Of a stretch of 64,000 nt of DNA, positions 1 to 10,482 are shown piece after piece. The notes beneath the pieces are model-generated. The model saw only the letters and a program-made list of their open reading frames with translations. It did not search any database and was not told the origin of the DNA. Within the stretch, counting starts at the first letter, position 1; each line of letters starts with the position of its first letter. The DNA is from an uncultured Acidimicrobiia bacterium (GTDB taxonomy: Bacteria > Actinomycetota > Acidimicrobiia > Spongiisociales > JAENVV01): positions 1,099 to 65,098 of the forward strand of contig CBDUEV010000005.1 of the NCBI GenBank assembly GCA_965366365.1, in the 5' to 3' direction. Made by a program: the position numbers and the translations under genes.

Positions 1-630
1 TTCGGAAGATCCTTTGTCAAGCAAGTCGCGGCCCTCCGATCAAGAGGCGATTTCGAAGGATCCCGAAACCTGTGGCGCGAGAAAGCCCAAGAATCGGAAA
101 CCGACATCCGGGTCCTGATCAGCGAACGTCTCGCCGATCAATACCGACAGATCACAGAAGCTCTGAGTGGCATCCCGGCGTTCGTGACGTTCGGAAACGT
201 CGACTCACCCGCTCTGCTCCGCGAGGCGCTTCCGGAAGGAAGCCGGTTCATGGACGGTGAGGCCGTCGAGATCGAAGGCTGGCGGGTGGGTTTTGCGGGA
301 GGGGGCGCCTCCACCGCGCTCGGAACGCCCGGAGAGGTCACAGAGGAGGCGATGGCTGCCAAGCTCGCCGCGCTCGGCCCGGTCGATGTGCTCTGCACCC
401 ACCTGCCCCCCGCCATCGGCCCGCTCCGCTTCGATGTGATCGTGGGACGCAACGAGGCAGGATCCCAAGCCATCCTCGACTACCTCCTCGTTCACCAACC
501 GCCGTTTCACTTCTTCGGTGATGTCCATCAACCCCGGGCAGCCCGATGGGAGGTCGGGCGGACCCGTTGCCAGAACGTCGGGTACTTCCGGGCGACCAAA
601 CGGGCGGTGGTCCACTCACGACGCCGCTGA
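1..630 (+). CDS. Metallophosphoesterase (calcineurin-like), 5'-truncated at window edge
   Basis: Frame 1 is open from position 1 to the stop at 628-630. The translation contains phosphoesterase-like motifs (TFGNVD, LCTHLPP, FFGDVHQP). The ORF track lists only the internal-Met portion (184..630). Confidence 0.45.
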   Translation, partial: FGRSFVKQVAALRSRGDFEGSRNLWREKAQESETDIRVLISERLADQYRQITEALSGIPAFVTFGNVDSPALLREALPEGSRFMDGEAVEIEGWRVGFAGGGASTALGTPGEVTEEAMAAKLAALGPVDVLCTHLPPAIGPLRFDVIVGRNEAGSQAILDYLLVHQPPFHFFGDVHQPRAARWEVGRTRCQNVGYFRATKRAVVHSRRR

Positions 631-701
631 GGCGATGTCCGAGAGCCGGCCCGGGCCACTACGCTGGGACGGTCCAAGCACAGCACACCGGGAAGAGGCC
701 C

Positions 702-1139
702 ATGGCAGAGGGAACGGTTCAGAACATCGACATCGGCGCACCGGCCGCAGAGGTCTATCGAGTCGCCGCCGAACTGGCCGACTATCCGGCCTGGGCACAG
801 GGCGTCAAAACGGTCGAGGTCCTCGAATCCGACCCGGAAGGGCTGCCACTCCGGGCTTCCTTCGTCGTGGACGCCATGATGAAAGAAATCAGCTACGAAC
901 TTCGCTACACGCATGACGTGCCCAACCTGATGACCTGGGAAGCCGTGCCCGGTCCGGACATCAAGGAAATGCAGGGCTCCTACAAGTTCACCGAGGACGA
1001 CGGTGTCACCTCCGTGGTGTACGCCCTGCGCGTCGACCCCTCCTTTCCCGTGCCCGGTTTCATTCGTCGGCAAGCTGAGAAGACCCTCGTGGGAGTGGCG
1101 CTCAGAGGTCTCAAACGACAGGTCGAAAACAGCCCCTGA
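702..1139 (+). CDS. SRPBCC family protein (polyketide cyclase/dehydrase-like, lipid-binding fold)
   Basis: The internal Met (MAEGTVQNIDIGAPAAEVYRV...) of ORF 546..1139 gives a ~145 aa protein typical of SRPBCC/COQ10-like proteins. The N-terminal extension in the ORF track is Pro/Arg-rich and looks non-coding. Confidence 0.55.
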   Translation: MAEGTVQNIDIGAPAAEVYRVAAELADYPAWAQGVKTVEVLESDPEGLPLRASFVVDAMMKEISYELRYTHDVPNLMTWEAVPGPDIKEMQGSYKFTEDDGVTSVVYALRVDPSFPVPGFIRRQAEKTLVGVALRGLKRQVENSP

Positions 1140-2311
1140 TGCGCGTTCTTCTCGTGACCGGCAAAGGCGGGGTGGGCAAGACGACGGTGTCGGCCGCGAC
1201 CGCCCTCGCCTCGGCCGACGCCGGCTACCGCACCCTGGTCACCTCGACGGATCCCGCCCACAGCCTGGCCGACGCCTTCGACCTCCCCCTCGGAGACAAA
1301 CCGCGCCTCATCGCCGAGCGGCTCTACGCTCAGCAGATCGACGGCCAGGAGCAGCTCGCCAAGCATTGGGGAGAGATCCACCAGCAACTCATGGCCGTGT
1401 TCGATTGGGGTGGGGTGACCGGGATCGAGGCCGAGGAATTCCTCGTGTTCCCCGGGATGGATGAGCTCTTCGCCCTCCTCGAAGTCGAGACACACGCCAC
1501 GTCCGGCCAGTACGACGTGATCGTCGTCGACTGTGCCCCCACCGCCGAAACCCTTCGCCTCCTCAGTCTGCCAGAGGTGCTCTCCTGGTACTTCGAGCGT
1601 GTGCTCCCCACCGAACGCCGCATCATGAAGGCCGCCCGCCCCGTTCTCAGTAAAGTCACCAACCTCCCCATGCCGGGCGAGAAGGTCTTCGACGCCGCCG
1701 AAGACGTCTTCGCCGGGGTCGAGGCTGTCAAACAGCTCCTTTCCGATACCTCGATCACGTCGGCGCGTCTGGTGGTCAATCCGGAGAAGATGGTGGTCAA
1801 CGAGGCCCGCCGCACCTACACCTATCTGAGCCTGTTCGGTTATGCGGTCGATGGGGTCGTGGTCAACCGGGTGCTGCCCGAGCAGGTCGACGACTCATAC
1901 TTCAACACCTGGCGCCAGGTGCAGAAGCGGCACATCGAAACGATCCACGAATCCTTCGCAGATGTCACGGTGCTGCCGCTTCGCCTGTTCGACCAGGAAA
2001 TGGTGGGCGTCGAACGCCTCCGCGAGCTGGCAGCCGAGCTGTACACCGATCGGGACCCGATCAACGGATACCCTGTGTCGACACCCTTCAAGATCACTGA
2101 TTCGGGAAGTGGCGACGTGATCATGGAGCTCTCCGTTCCCTTCGCGGAGAAGACCGAGCTCGACGTCCTCCGTCACGGCGACGAGCTGTACATCACCGTC
2201 GGTCCGTACCGGCGCTCCTTCGTTCTCCCCGACTCGCTGCGCCGCCGTGACGTGTCAGGGGCACGGCTCGAGGACGGCGTTCTGGTGGTCACCTTCGGAG
2301 GCGGCTCGTGA
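1139..2311 (+). CDS. ArsA/Get3-family anion-transporting ATPase with C-terminal Hsp20-like domain
   Basis: It has a deviant Walker A motif (GKGGVGKTTVSAA). The C-terminal ~90 aa (ELSVPFAEKTELDVLRHGDELYITVGPYRRSFVLPD) resembles an Hsp20/alpha-crystallin fold. TGATG start/stop junction with the upstream gene. Confidence 0.75.
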   Translation: MRVLLVTGKGGVGKTTVSAATALASADAGYRTLVTSTDPAHSLADAFDLPLGDKPRLIAERLYAQQIDGQEQLAKHWGEIHQQLMAVFDWGGVTGIEAEEFLVFPGMDELFALLEVETHATSGQYDVIVVDCAPTAETLRLLSLPEVLSWYFERVLPTERRIMKAARPVLSKVTNLPMPGEKVFDAAEDVFAGVEAVKQLLSDTSITSARLVVNPEKMVVNEARRTYTYLSLFGYAVDGVVVNRVLPEQVDDSYFNTWRQVQKRHIETIHESFADVTVLPLRLFDQEMVGVERLRELAAELYTDRDPINGYPVSTPFKITDSGSGDVIMELSVPFAEKTELDVLRHGDELYITVGPYRRSFVLPDSLRRRDVSGARLEDGVLVVTFGGGS

Positions 2312-2479
2312 GCCAAACGCCCAGGACGCCACTCGCCAGAGCCGCTCGGCGGGCGGCGCTCCATCTCCTCAAAGCCAACATCGAGGTGCTCAAAGCCGTC
2401 GAAGCCGTCGTGGAAGAACTTCGCCGTGAGGAACCGGCACCAGTCGATCGGCCCACCCGGATCACGGTGGAGTAGGACG

Positions 2480-3409
2480 GTGGGGATCACGATCGGCATT
2501 GACCTGGGCGGCACAAAGATGGCCGCCGGTCGAGTGGACGAAGATGGCGCCCTGCTCAGCTTCACCTCGGTTCCCCGGCCCCGCCGGGCGGAGGACATGG
2601 CCGAAGCCCCCCTGGCGCTGGCGGAGGAGCATTTCGATGATCAGGTCGAGGCCATCGGCCTCGGCGTGGCCGGACTGGTGACCAGCGACGGTGTCCTGGT
2701 GTGGGGCCCGAACGTCGTCGGCCAGAACATTGCCTACCGGGACCTTCTGGTCGACCGGTTCGATCGCCCGGTCTGCGTAGACAACGACGCCAACCTGGCT
2801 GCCCTGGCCGAAGCGAGAGTCGGCGCGGCGCGCGGCTACGACCACTCCTTGACGCTCACCCTCGGTACCGGAATCGGAGGCGGGATCATCCTGGACGGGA
2901 AGATCTTCAGAGGTGCCTCCTTCGCCGGCGAGATCGGGCACGTCATCGTCGACGTGGGGGGTCCTGAATGCACGTGTGGGCACCGCGGATGTTGGGAAAC
3001 GTTCGCCTCTGGTCGGCGCTTGGACCAGATGGCCCGCGACGAGGCAGCCCGCCATCCCGACGGGAGAGTGGCAGCCCTCTCCGAGTCCGGCACGCCGGTG
3101 GGCGCCCACCTCACCGCCGCCGCCCTGCAGGGCGACGCGGCGGCTCGCCGGTTGCTGGCCGAGATGGCCGGATGGCTCGGCCTCGGCATCGCCAACCTCA
3201 TCGCCATCCTCGACCTGGAGATCGTCGTCATCGGCGGAGCAGCCTCGGAGGCGGGCGATATGTTGCTCGCCCCGACCCGCCGCGCAATGCGTTCTCACCT
3301 CGAAGGTGCGGAACATCGACCCGAGGTACCTATTGTGGGGGCTGCACTGGGAGCCCACGCCGGGCTGGTCGGTGCTGCACTCGCCGCCAAGGAGTTGCTC
3401 GATGCCTGA
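2480..3409 (+). CDS. glk: ROK-family glucokinase
   Basis: It has the GIDLGGTK ATP-binding motif and the ROK zinc motif CTCGHRGCWE. GTG start at 2480 is preceded by GGAGTAGGA. The upstream extension in the ORF track (from 2426) is unlikely to be coding. Confidence 0.8.
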   Translation: MGITIGIDLGGTKMAAGRVDEDGALLSFTSVPRPRRAEDMAEAPLALAEEHFDDQVEAIGLGVAGLVTSDGVLVWGPNVVGQNIAYRDLLVDRFDRPVCVDNDANLAALAEARVGAARGYDHSLTLTLGTGIGGGIILDGKIFRGASFAGEIGHVIVDVGGPECTCGHRGCWETFASGRRLDQMARDEAARHPDGRVAALSESGTPVGAHLTAAALQGDAAARRLLAEMAGWLGLGIANLIAILDLEIVVIGGAASEAGDMLLAPTRRAMRSHLEGAEHRPEVPIVGAALGAHAGLVGAALAAKELLDA

Positions 3410-3824
3410 CGCACTGAAGCCGGACAATGTGATTTCGCCCCAGGGCAAGACGCTGTGGCGATCGTCACCCGTTCTCCGGGAATCCGTCTTGGCGTTGCCC
3501 AACCTCGTCAAGCTGCTGGCCCGGCTGCTCAACGACCCGCGCGTCCCGACGAAGTCGAAGGTTCTGGTCTTCGGAACGCTCACCTACCTCGTGATTCCCA
3601 TCGATGTCATCCCCGACATCATCCCGGTCCTCGGGCAGACCGAAGACCTCCTCCTCATCGCTTTTGCGCTGAACCGCCTCATCCGGGTGGCCGGCGAAGA
3701 CATCGTGCTCGAGCACTGGGACGGCTCGCAGGACGTCCTCAAGCTCATCCGCAACATCACGGACGTCGGAGCGAGCCTCGTACCCAAGAAGGTTCGGCTC
3801 CTGCTCGACAAGGTGGGCGCGTAG
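3402..3824 (+). CDS. DUF1232 (YkvA-like) small membrane protein
   Basis: The ATG at 3402 overlaps the glk stop by 8 bp. The conserved [27 protein letters not shown] segment is typical of DUF1232. Confidence 0.55.
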   Translation: MPDALKPDNVISPQGKTLWRSSPVLRESVLALPNLVKLLARLLNDPRVPTKSKVLVFGTLTYLVIPIDVIPDIIPVLGQTEDLLLIAFALNRLIRVAGEDIVLEHWDGSQDVLKLIRNITDVGASLVPKKVRLLLDKVGA

Positions 3825-3847
3825 GACCCCTGCACAGGAGGCACATC

Positions 3848-5035
3848 ATGGAATTCCGTCGGATCGGACACCTACCTCCCTACGTCTTCTCACAGGTCAA
3901 CCAGCTGAAACTGGAGGCGCGACGGTCCGGGGTCGATGTCGTCGACCTCGGGTTCGGGAACCCCGACATCCCCACCCAGCAACGGGTCGTCGACAAACTC
4001 TGCGAAGCCGCCCAAGCCGGCAAGAATCATCGCTACAGCCAATCGCGCGGCATTCCGAACCTGCGGAAGGCGGCGGCCGACCGCTACATGAGGCGTTTCG
4101 GAGTCGAGTTGGATCCCGAAACCGAGGTCATCAGCACTATCGGCGCCAAAGAGGGCCTGTCCCACCTCATGTGGACGCTGGTCCAGCCCGGCGACACCGC
4201 ACTCGTTCCCGAACCCTCCTACCCGATTCACATCTACGCACCCCTCCTCGCCGGAGCGGAAGTCCGCACGGTTCCGGTATCCACGGGCGATTCTTTCTTC
4301 GAGGACCTTCGGTCCGCGTTCCTCGATTCGTGGCCGCGTCCCAGGGTGATCGTCACCTCGTTCCCCCACAACCCGACCACCACCTGTGTGGAACTGGAGT
4401 TCTTCGAGCGCCTCGTCGAATTCGCCAAGGAGCACTCGGTGTTCCTCGTTCACGACTTCGCCTACGCCGACATCGCTTTCGACGGGTACGAGCCTCCCAG
4501 CCTCTTGCAGGTTCCGGGGGCCAAGGACGTCGGCGTTGAGCTCTACACGTTGACCAAGAGCCATTCGATGGCCGGTTGGCGAGTGGGGTTTGTGGCCGGC
4601 AACCCGGAAATGGTCGCCGCCCTCGCCAAGCTGAAGTCCTACCTCGACTACGGAACGTTCCAGCCCATCCAGATCGCTTCGATCATCGCGCTCAACGAGG
4701 GGGACGAGTTCGTGGCCGAGGTCAACGGGGTCTACCGGAAACGACGCGACATTCTCGTCGACGGACTCAACCGGGCCGGCTGGAAGATGGAAAAACCGAA
4801 GGGGACGATGTTCGTATGGGCGCAGATCCCGCCGGAATACTCGGACATGGATTCGCTCCAGTTCACCATCCACCTTCTCGAAACCGCCAAGGTCGCCGTC
4901 TCGCCGGGCGTGGGCTTCGGTGCCCACGGTGAAGGGTACGTCCGATTCGCTCTCGTCGAGAACGAGCATCGGATCGGCCAAGCCGTACGAGGCATTCGCG
5001 AGGCACTCGACCGGCTCCCGGACCGGGTCGGCTAG
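3848..5035 (+). CDS. Pyridoxal-phosphate-dependent aminotransferase, class I/II (AlaT/AspC-like)
   Basis: ATG at 3848 is preceded by AGGAGG. The translation [21 protein letters not shown]...LGFGNPD...[13 protein letters not shown] matches the class I aminotransferase fold with its PLP-lysine region. The first ~130 aa of ORF 3455..5035 are Pro/Arg-rich read-through. Confidence 0.8.
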   Translation: MEFRRIGHLPPYVFSQVNQLKLEARRSGVDVVDLGFGNPDIPTQQRVVDKLCEAAQAGKNHRYSQSRGIPNLRKAAADRYMRRFGVELDPETEVISTIGAKEGLSHLMWTLVQPGDTALVPEPSYPIHIYAPLLAGAEVRTVPVSTGDSFFEDLRSAFLDSWPRPRVIVTSFPHNPTTTCVELEFFERLVEFAKEHSVFLVHDFAYADIAFDGYEPPSLLQVPGAKDVGVELYTLTKSHSMAGWRVGFVAGNPEMVAALAKLKSYLDYGTFQPIQIASIIALNEGDEFVAEVNGVYRKRRDILVDGLNRAGWKMEKPKGTMFVWAQIPPEYSDMDSLQFTIHLLETAKVAVSPGVGFGAHGEGYVRFALVENEHRIGQAVRGIREALDRLPDRVG

Positions 5036-5057
5036 AGACACTCGAGCAACCCACCAC

Positions 5058-5082
5058 GGGCCGGAGGAAGCGCCTCCGCCCG
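5058..5082. terminator. Weak GC hairpin between convergent genes (CGGAGG-aagc-CCTCCG)
   Basis: A 6-bp perfect stem sits between the aminotransferase stop (5035) and the glgP stop (5090). There is no clear U-tract, which is common for high-GC genomes. Confidence 0.25.
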
Positions 5083-5089
5083 GGCGCGG

Positions 5090-7243
5090 TCATCTCTTGG
5101 ACTTCTTCGGGTGGGTGGCGGAGCCGATCGGGAGGTAGGCGAGGTTGGCGTAGTCCGCCACCATGCGGTGAGCGGAGAATTGGCCTGTGCAGCTCACCAT
5201 GGATTCCTTCATCATCTCCACCCATCCGAGCGGGATGCCCTTGTCGTTCCTGTCGTAGAAGAGAGGCACGATGTGGTCCTGCAGCAGGGTGTAGAGCGCC
5301 ACCGCGTCTTCGCCATCCTGGCGGCCTTCGTCGCCGATGTCATGGTCGTAACCGAACGACCAACCGTTCTTGCCGTTGAAGCCTTCGATCCACCAACCGT
5401 CCATCACGGAGAGATTGAGAACGCCGTTGAGGGCCGCCTTCATACCCGAAGTGCCGGAGGCCTCCTTCGGAGGACGCGGATTGTTGAGCCACACGTCGAC
5501 ACCCTGGGTGAGGAACCGGCCCATCCGCATGTCGTAGTCCTCGAGCAGGTAGAGGTGGCCCTTCAGCTCCGGTGTTTGCGCCAGCGCGAAGATCTGGCGG
5601 ATCAGATCCTGCCCCAGCGCGTCGGCCGGATGGGCCTTCCCTGCGAACACGATCTGCACCGGCCGGTCCGGGTTCGTCAAGATGGCCTGCAGCCAGGGCA
5701 CGTTGTGGAACAAGAGGTTGGCCCGTTTGTACGTGGCGAAACGCCTGGCGAAACCGATGGTCAGACGGTTGGAGGGCATCATCCGTTCGATGCTGCGTAG
5801 TTCGTCGGGCGACGAACCTGAGCGAGCCATCTGCCGGCGCAGCCTTCCTCGAGTGAAGTTGGTGAGGAGGTCCTTCCGGCTCTGGTGAGCCGCCCAGACC
5901 GCCGCGTCGGGGATGTCGCGGATCGTCTCCGCCACCTCGGGCTCCTCGACCAGTGCGGTTGGCCAATTGGCGCCGATCGTATCGCTCATCAGGCGTGCGA
6001 TGGGACGCGACGCCCAGCCGGGGGAATGCACCCCATTGGTGATCCCGAGGGCTGGTGAGGCGAGGAGGTGCTCCCACGAGTGGTTGGTGACCTCTCCATG
6101 TTTCTCGCTGACACCGTTGACGATGGTGGCCAGTCTGATGGCGAGGGCGCCCATGTCGAACATTCCCTCCTCGCCGGGACGGCTCGTACCCAGCTGGTTG
6201 AGGTAGGCCATGTCGGTTCCGGCCGCGGCGGGCCACCACCCCAGGTACTTCTCTGCCAGCTGGAAGTCGAAACGCTCGTTACCGGCAGGCACCGGAGTGT
6301 GCAGCGTGAACAGGGTCGAGGCCCGAACCCGTCGTTCCGCCTCCTCCAAGGAAACGCCCCTGCTCACCTGCGAAGCCACCCGTTCGAGGAGGCTCATGGC
6401 GGCGTGGCCTTCGTTGACGTGCCATACGGCCGGCTCCAGGTCCAAGGCGCCCATCAACCGAGCGCCACCCACGCCCAGGACGAGTTCCTGGCAGAACCGC
6501 ATCTCGCGACCCCGAACGTAGAGGCTGTGGGTGATGGGTCGATCGGCCGCCTCGTTCTCGGGGAGATCCGTGTCGAGCAGGAGAATGGTGGAACGACCGA
6601 CCTGGAGCGACCAGACGGCGGCGCGGACGGCTCGCCCCGGGAAGTCGACCGAGACCTTGAGGTGCCCACCGGTCGGCGACGCCACCGGCCGAATGGGGAG
6701 GCGCGACATGTCGAGGATCGGGTACTGGTGCTGCTGGGCTCCGTCTGCTTCGACCTGTTGACGGAAGTAGCCCCGCCGATACATGAGGCCAACAGCCACG
6801 AACGGTACCCCGAGGTCAGAGGCGGACTTGGTGTGATCTCCCGCCAAGATGCCCAGACCACCCGAGTAGATCGGTGTCGACGAATGCACCCCGTACTCCG
6901 CACAGAGGTAGCCGACCGGGCCCTCCATGCGATCGCCGTGGTGGCGATCCCACCACGTGTCCTCAGCCTCCATGTAGTCGTCAAAGCGCCTGACGGCCTC
7001 TTGATAGCTGTCGATGGCCGTCTCCGAATCCGCCAGGAGGCTCCACCTTGCCGAATCAATGGCTTTCAGCACCTCGACGGGATTGCGATACTGCTCCCAG
7101 AGCTCGGTCGACAGGACGCGCCAGATATCCGACGCCGCTTCATCCCAGCTCCACCACAAGTTGTACGCCAGGTCGTAGAGGCGTTCGAACTGTTTAGGGA
7201 TGTTCAGCTCGGAGTACGTGAGTACAGGAATGACGGGTCGCAT
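5090..7243 (-). CDS. glgP: Alpha-glucan (glycogen/maltodextrin) phosphorylase, GlgP alpha-1,4-glucan family
   Basis: The 718-aa product from Met62 of ORF 5090..7426 (MRPVIPVLTYSELNIPKQFERLYDLAYNLWWSW) matches the GT35 phosphorylase family, including the PLP region (EASGTSGMKAALNG). A GAGGAG RBS precedes the 7243 start. Confidence 0.8.
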   Translation of the reverse strand: MRPVIPVLTYSELNIPKQFERLYDLAYNLWWSWDEAASDIWRVLSTELWEQYRNPVEVLKAIDSARWSLLADSETAIDSYQEAVRRFDDYMEAEDTWWDRHHGDRMEGPVGYLCAEYGVHSSTPIYSGGLGILAGDHTKSASDLGVPFVAVGLMYRRGYFRQQVEADGAQQHQYPILDMSRLPIRPVASPTGGHLKVSVDFPGRAVRAAVWSLQVGRSTILLLDTDLPENEAADRPITHSLYVRGREMRFCQELVLGVGGARLMGALDLEPAVWHVNEGHAAMSLLERVASQVSRGVSLEEAERRVRASTLFTLHTPVPAGNERFDFQLAEKYLGWWPAAAGTDMAYLNQLGTSRPGEEGMFDMGALAIRLATIVNGVSEKHGEVTNHSWEHLLASPALGITNGVHSPGWASRPIARLMSDTIGANWPTALVEEPEVAETIRDIPDAAVWAAHQSRKDLLTNFTRGRLRRQMARSGSSPDELRSIERMMPSNRLTIGFARRFATYKRANLLFHNVPWLQAILTNPDRPVQIVFAGKAHPADALGQDLIRQIFALAQTPELKGHLYLLEDYDMRMGRFLTQGVDVWLNNPRPPKEASGTSGMKAALNGVLNLSVMDGWWIEGFNGKNGWSFGYDHDIGDEGRQDGEDAVALYTLLQDHIVPLFYDRNDKGIPLGWVEMMKESMVSCTGQFSAHRMVADYANLAYLPIGSATHPKKSKR

Positions 7244-7361
7244 AGGGATGACTCCTCGGGCTGGTAGCCAAACCCACCGGATGGCGACCAGCATGACAGT
7301 TGGAGGGGGCAGGATAGCCGTTCTGGGGCTCGCTTCGAATCGGAACGGGTAGGGTGCCGCC

Positions 7362-8390
7362 ATGGCATTTCTCGACGGCACCGCCGATTTCCGGTCCGAT
7401 ACCGTGACGCGCCCCACGGAAACCATGCGGGCAGCGATGGCTTCGGCGGAGGTTGGCGACGACGTCTACGGCGAGGATCCCACCGTCAACGACCTGCAGG
7501 AGAAGGCGGCGGAGCTGATCGGCAAGGAGGCAGCCCTGTTCCTGCCCTCCGGCACCATGGGAAACCAGATCGCCCTCAACGTGCTGGCTCGACCGGGCGA
7601 GGGGTTGATCTGTGTGGAGACGGCTCACATTCGCCGGTACGAGGCGGGGGGAGCGGCGGCGTTGTCCGGCTTGCAGATTCTGCCCGTTCCGTCGCCCAAC
7701 GGACACATGACCGCTGCACAGGTTGCTGCAGCCGCCGGCCCCGCCGATCACCATTTCCCACGGGCGGCCCTCCTCGCCTGGGAGAACACGCACAATGTGT
7801 CAGGTGGAACAGTGGTTCCTCTCGAGGCGATGCGCCAGGCCACCGCCGAGGCTCGCCGCCGGGGCATGGCCGTCCACCTCGACGGGGCCCGAATCTTCAA
7901 CGCGGCGGCACGCGCCGGAATCCCGGCCGCCTCCTTCGCAGCAGTGGCCGATTCGGTCCAGTTCTGTCTCTCGAAGGGTCTCGGGGCTCCGGTGGGATCG
8001 CTCGTCGCCGGGTCCACCGAGTTTGTTGAAGAGGCGCACCGGCGGCGCAAGCGGTTCGGAGGTGGAATGCGGCAGGCGGGGATCATCGCCGCCGCCGGAC
8101 TCCTGGCGCTCGAGCATCGGCATGCCCTGACCCTCGATCACGACCTCGCCGCTTCCCTGGCGACCGGGATCGGCGAACGATTCCCCTCCGCCTGCTCGAC
8201 ACCGGAGACCAACATGGTGATCGTGAGGGAACTCGAACTCGGGATGGAAGCAGGGGAGTTCCGCCGCCGGCTCGCCGCAGCCGGGATCCTGGTGGGAGCG
8301 ATCGAACCGGGAGTACTCCGCTTCGTCACGCACCGCGATGTGGATGCCGGCGACGTGACGCGGGTGTTGGCCGCCCTGGATTCCAGGTAA
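7362..8390 (+). CDS. ltaE: Low-specificity L-threonine aldolase
   Basis: It begins [17 protein letters not shown]...[13 protein letters not shown]...[10 protein letters not shown] and contains the PLP lysine region ([12 protein letters not shown]). It is divergent from glgP. Confidence 0.75.
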   Translation: MAFLDGTADFRSDTVTRPTETMRAAMASAEVGDDVYGEDPTVNDLQEKAAELIGKEAALFLPSGTMGNQIALNVLARPGEGLICVETAHIRRYEAGGAAALSGLQILPVPSPNGHMTAAQVAAAAGPADHHFPRAALLAWENTHNVSGGTVVPLEAMRQATAEARRRGMAVHLDGARIFNAAARAGIPAASFAAVADSVQFCLSKGLGAPVGSLVAGSTEFVEEAHRRRKRFGGGMRQAGIIAAAGLLALEHRHALTLDHDLAASLATGIGERFPSACSTPETNMVIVRELELGMEAGEFRRRLAAAGILVGAIEPGVLRFVTHRDVDAGDVTRVLAALDSR

Positions 8391-8421
8391 CCAGACGTCC
8401 CGAGGAGGAGTCGAACGGGCT

Positions 8422-9381
8422 ATGCGTATCGGAGTGTTGTTTCCTGGCCAAGGTGCCCAATTCGTCGGAATGGGCGAAGACCTGTTCGAAGCCCGCCCTG
8501 ACCTGCTCGGCGAAACGGCCGACGCCACCCTGGGGTGGTCGCTCAGGTCCGTGTGCCTCGAGGGCCCGGAGGAGGCGCTCACCGCCACCGATCGCGCCCA
8601 GCCGGCGCTCTATGCCCTCTCGTACGCCCTGTTCGACGAGTTCAGTCGGGCGTGGGCGAATCCGCCGGTGGCGGCGGCAGGCCACTCGCTCGGCGAATAC
8701 ACGGCACTGGCGGCGGCCGGCGCCTACCCGTTCTTCGACGGCTTGCGGCTGGTGGCCGAGAGGGGAGCAGCCATGGGGGCGGCCGCCACCTTCGAACCGT
8801 CCGGAATGGCGGCGCTGATCGGCGCCGACCTCGACGCCGCCGAGGGCCTGGCGGCCCAGCGTCGCTCCGAGGGGGGCAGACTCTGGGTCGCCAATCTGAA
8901 CGCACCCGGCCAGGTGGTGGTGGCGGGCGGAGCAGACGACATGGCGTGGGTGGCGATTCACGCCAAGGATCATGGGGTGCGCCGTGCCATACCTCTCAAG
9001 GTGGCGGGAGCGTTTCACACCCCCTTCATGGAGGTCGCCCGCCCCCGCCTGGACGCCGCCCTGGCCGCCACCCGGTTCGAGGCGCCACGATTCGCCGTCT
9101 GGTCGAATGTCGACGCGGCGCCTTTGGACGACGGCTCCATGGCGGATCGGTTGAGCGAGCAGATCACCTCTCCCGTTCTGTTCGCCCGCTCGCTGGAGGC
9201 GATGGCCGCCGCCGGGCTGGACGCCTTCGTGCACGTCGGACCGGGTGATGTGACTGCGGGCATGGCCAAGCGAACGGTGCCCGATGTCGAGGTCGTCACC
9301 GTCAATTCTCTGAGCGCAATCGATGAAGCCGTCGAACAGCTCACCTCCATCGGTACTATGAGATCGAGCGAGGAGGGCTAG
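8422..9381 (+). CDS. fabD: Malonyl CoA-ACP transacylase
   Basis: It has the FPGQGAQ motif and the GHSLGEY active-site motif. It is the first gene of a fab operon. Confidence 0.85.
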   Translation: MRIGVLFPGQGAQFVGMGEDLFEARPDLLGETADATLGWSLRSVCLEGPEEALTATDRAQPALYALSYALFDEFSRAWANPPVAAAGHSLGEYTALAAAGAYPFFDGLRLVAERGAAMGAAATFEPSGMAALIGADLDAAEGLAAQRRSEGGRLWVANLNAPGQVVVAGGADDMAWVAIHAKDHGVRRAIPLKVAGAFHTPFMEVARPRLDAALAATRFEAPRFAVWSNVDAAPLDDGSMADRLSEQITSPVLFARSLEAMAAAGLDAFVHVGPGDVTAGMAKRTVPDVEVVTVNSLSAIDEAVEQLTSIGTMRSSEEG

Positions 9382-10482
9382 ATGCCGTACGCCGAAATCA
9401 CCGGGTGGGGTAAGGCGTTGCCGCCGGCGGTACTCACCAACGACGACATCGCCACCGTGGTGGACACGAGTGATGAGTGGATCACGACCAGATCCGGCAT
9501 CAAAGAGAGACGAATCAGTCACGTGGAAACGTCGGACATGGCGACGATCGCCGCCCGTCGCGCCCTCGCCGCGGCCGGCCGCGAGCCACTGGATGTCGAC
9601 CTGATCGTGTTGGCCACCTGCAGTCCCGATACCCTGCTGCCCAACGCCGCATCCATCGTGCAGAAGAACCTGGGGGCGACCCGGGCCGCCGCCTTCGACC
9701 TCAACGCGGCGTGCACCGGCTGGGTGTACTCGTTGGTGGTGGCCACGAACATGATTCGGGCCGGAACCAATCGCACGATCCTGGTCATCGGGGCGGAGAA
9801 ACTCCACTATTTCACCGACTTCACCGATCGGTCGACCTGTGTGCTCTTCGGAGACGGCGCAGGAGCCGTGGTCCTCGAAGCCAGCGAAGAGCCGGTGGGG
9901 CTCCTAGCCTCCGACCTCGCCATGGATGGGACGGCTGGCGATCTGCTCGCCGTCGAAGGTCTGGGCGCCGCCGGAGCGCCGGGGCAATACCCGCCCGAGC
10001 TCATGGGTGTCCACATGGACGGTCGCGAGATCTTTCGTCGGGCTGTCACCATGATGGCCGACAGCTCGGCCGCCGTCATCGAACAAGCCGGGATGGAACT
10101 CGATGACGTGGCACTGTTCATCCCGCATCAGGCCAACGTGCGCATCATCGACGCGGCTGCCCGGCGTCTCGACCTGCCGCCGGAGAAGGTGTACGTGAAC
10201 ATCGCGGGCTACGGCAACACCTCGGCCGCCACCGTGCCCATCGCACTGTGTGAGGCGCTCGAAGAGGGGCGAATCGCCCCGGGCGACAACGTCTTGTTCG
10301 CGGCTTTCGGAAGCGGGCTCTCATGGGGAGCCGCCCTCCTCAAATGGGGGAACAGGATCGAACCGCTCGGCACGTCCGATGCGGAATTCCCCCCGACCGA
10401 CCAGTCCGCTCTCGAGATCCTCCAACCCAATTTCGAATTCTTCGGTTTGAGCGAGATGCCCGACGCCGAGGCGGTCACGTGA
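9382..10482 (+). CDS. fabH: 3-oxoacyl-ACP synthase III
   Basis: It starts immediately after the fabD stop. It shows the KAS III fold with the catalytic Cys (AACTGW) and the HQAN and GYGNTSAA motifs. Confidence 0.85.
   Translation: MPYAEITGWGKALPPAVLTNDDIATVVDTSDEWITTRSGIKERRISHVETSDMATIAARRALAAAGREPLDVDLIVLATCSPDTLLPNAASIVQKNLGATRAAAFDLNAACTGWVYSLVVATNMIRAGTNRTILVIGAEKLHYFTDFTDRSTCVLFGDGAGAVVLEASEEPVGLLASDLAMDGTAGDLLAVEGLGAAGAPGQYPPELMGVHMDGREIFRRAVTMMADSSAAVIEQAGMELDDVALFIPHQANVRIIDAAARRLDLPPEKVYVNIAGYGNTSAATVPIALCEALEEGRIAPGDNVLFAAFGSGLSWGAALLKWGNRIEPLGTSDAEFPPTDQSALEILQPNFEFFGLSEMPDAEAVT

Noticed and set aside
3455-3847. N-terminal extensions of ORFs in the track (aminotransferase from 3455, DUF58 from 30919, moxR from 31380, ileS from 59376, glk from 2426, fabG from 10323)
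   Set aside because: The extensions are Pro/Arg-rich and overlap upstream genes. Internal ATG/GTG starts with RBS-like sequences give canonical protein N-termini, so the shorter gene models were used.
3890-5041. Long antisense ORFs opposite well-supported genes (e.g. 3890..5041-, 2462..3583-, 8326..9807-, 11225..12766-, 40969..42837-, 43247..44050-, 48692..49621-, 62704..63921-)
   Set aside because: These are typical high-GC shadow ORFs. Their translations are Arg/Gly/Pro/Asp-rich with no motifs, and the opposite strand encodes clearly recognisable conserved enzymes.
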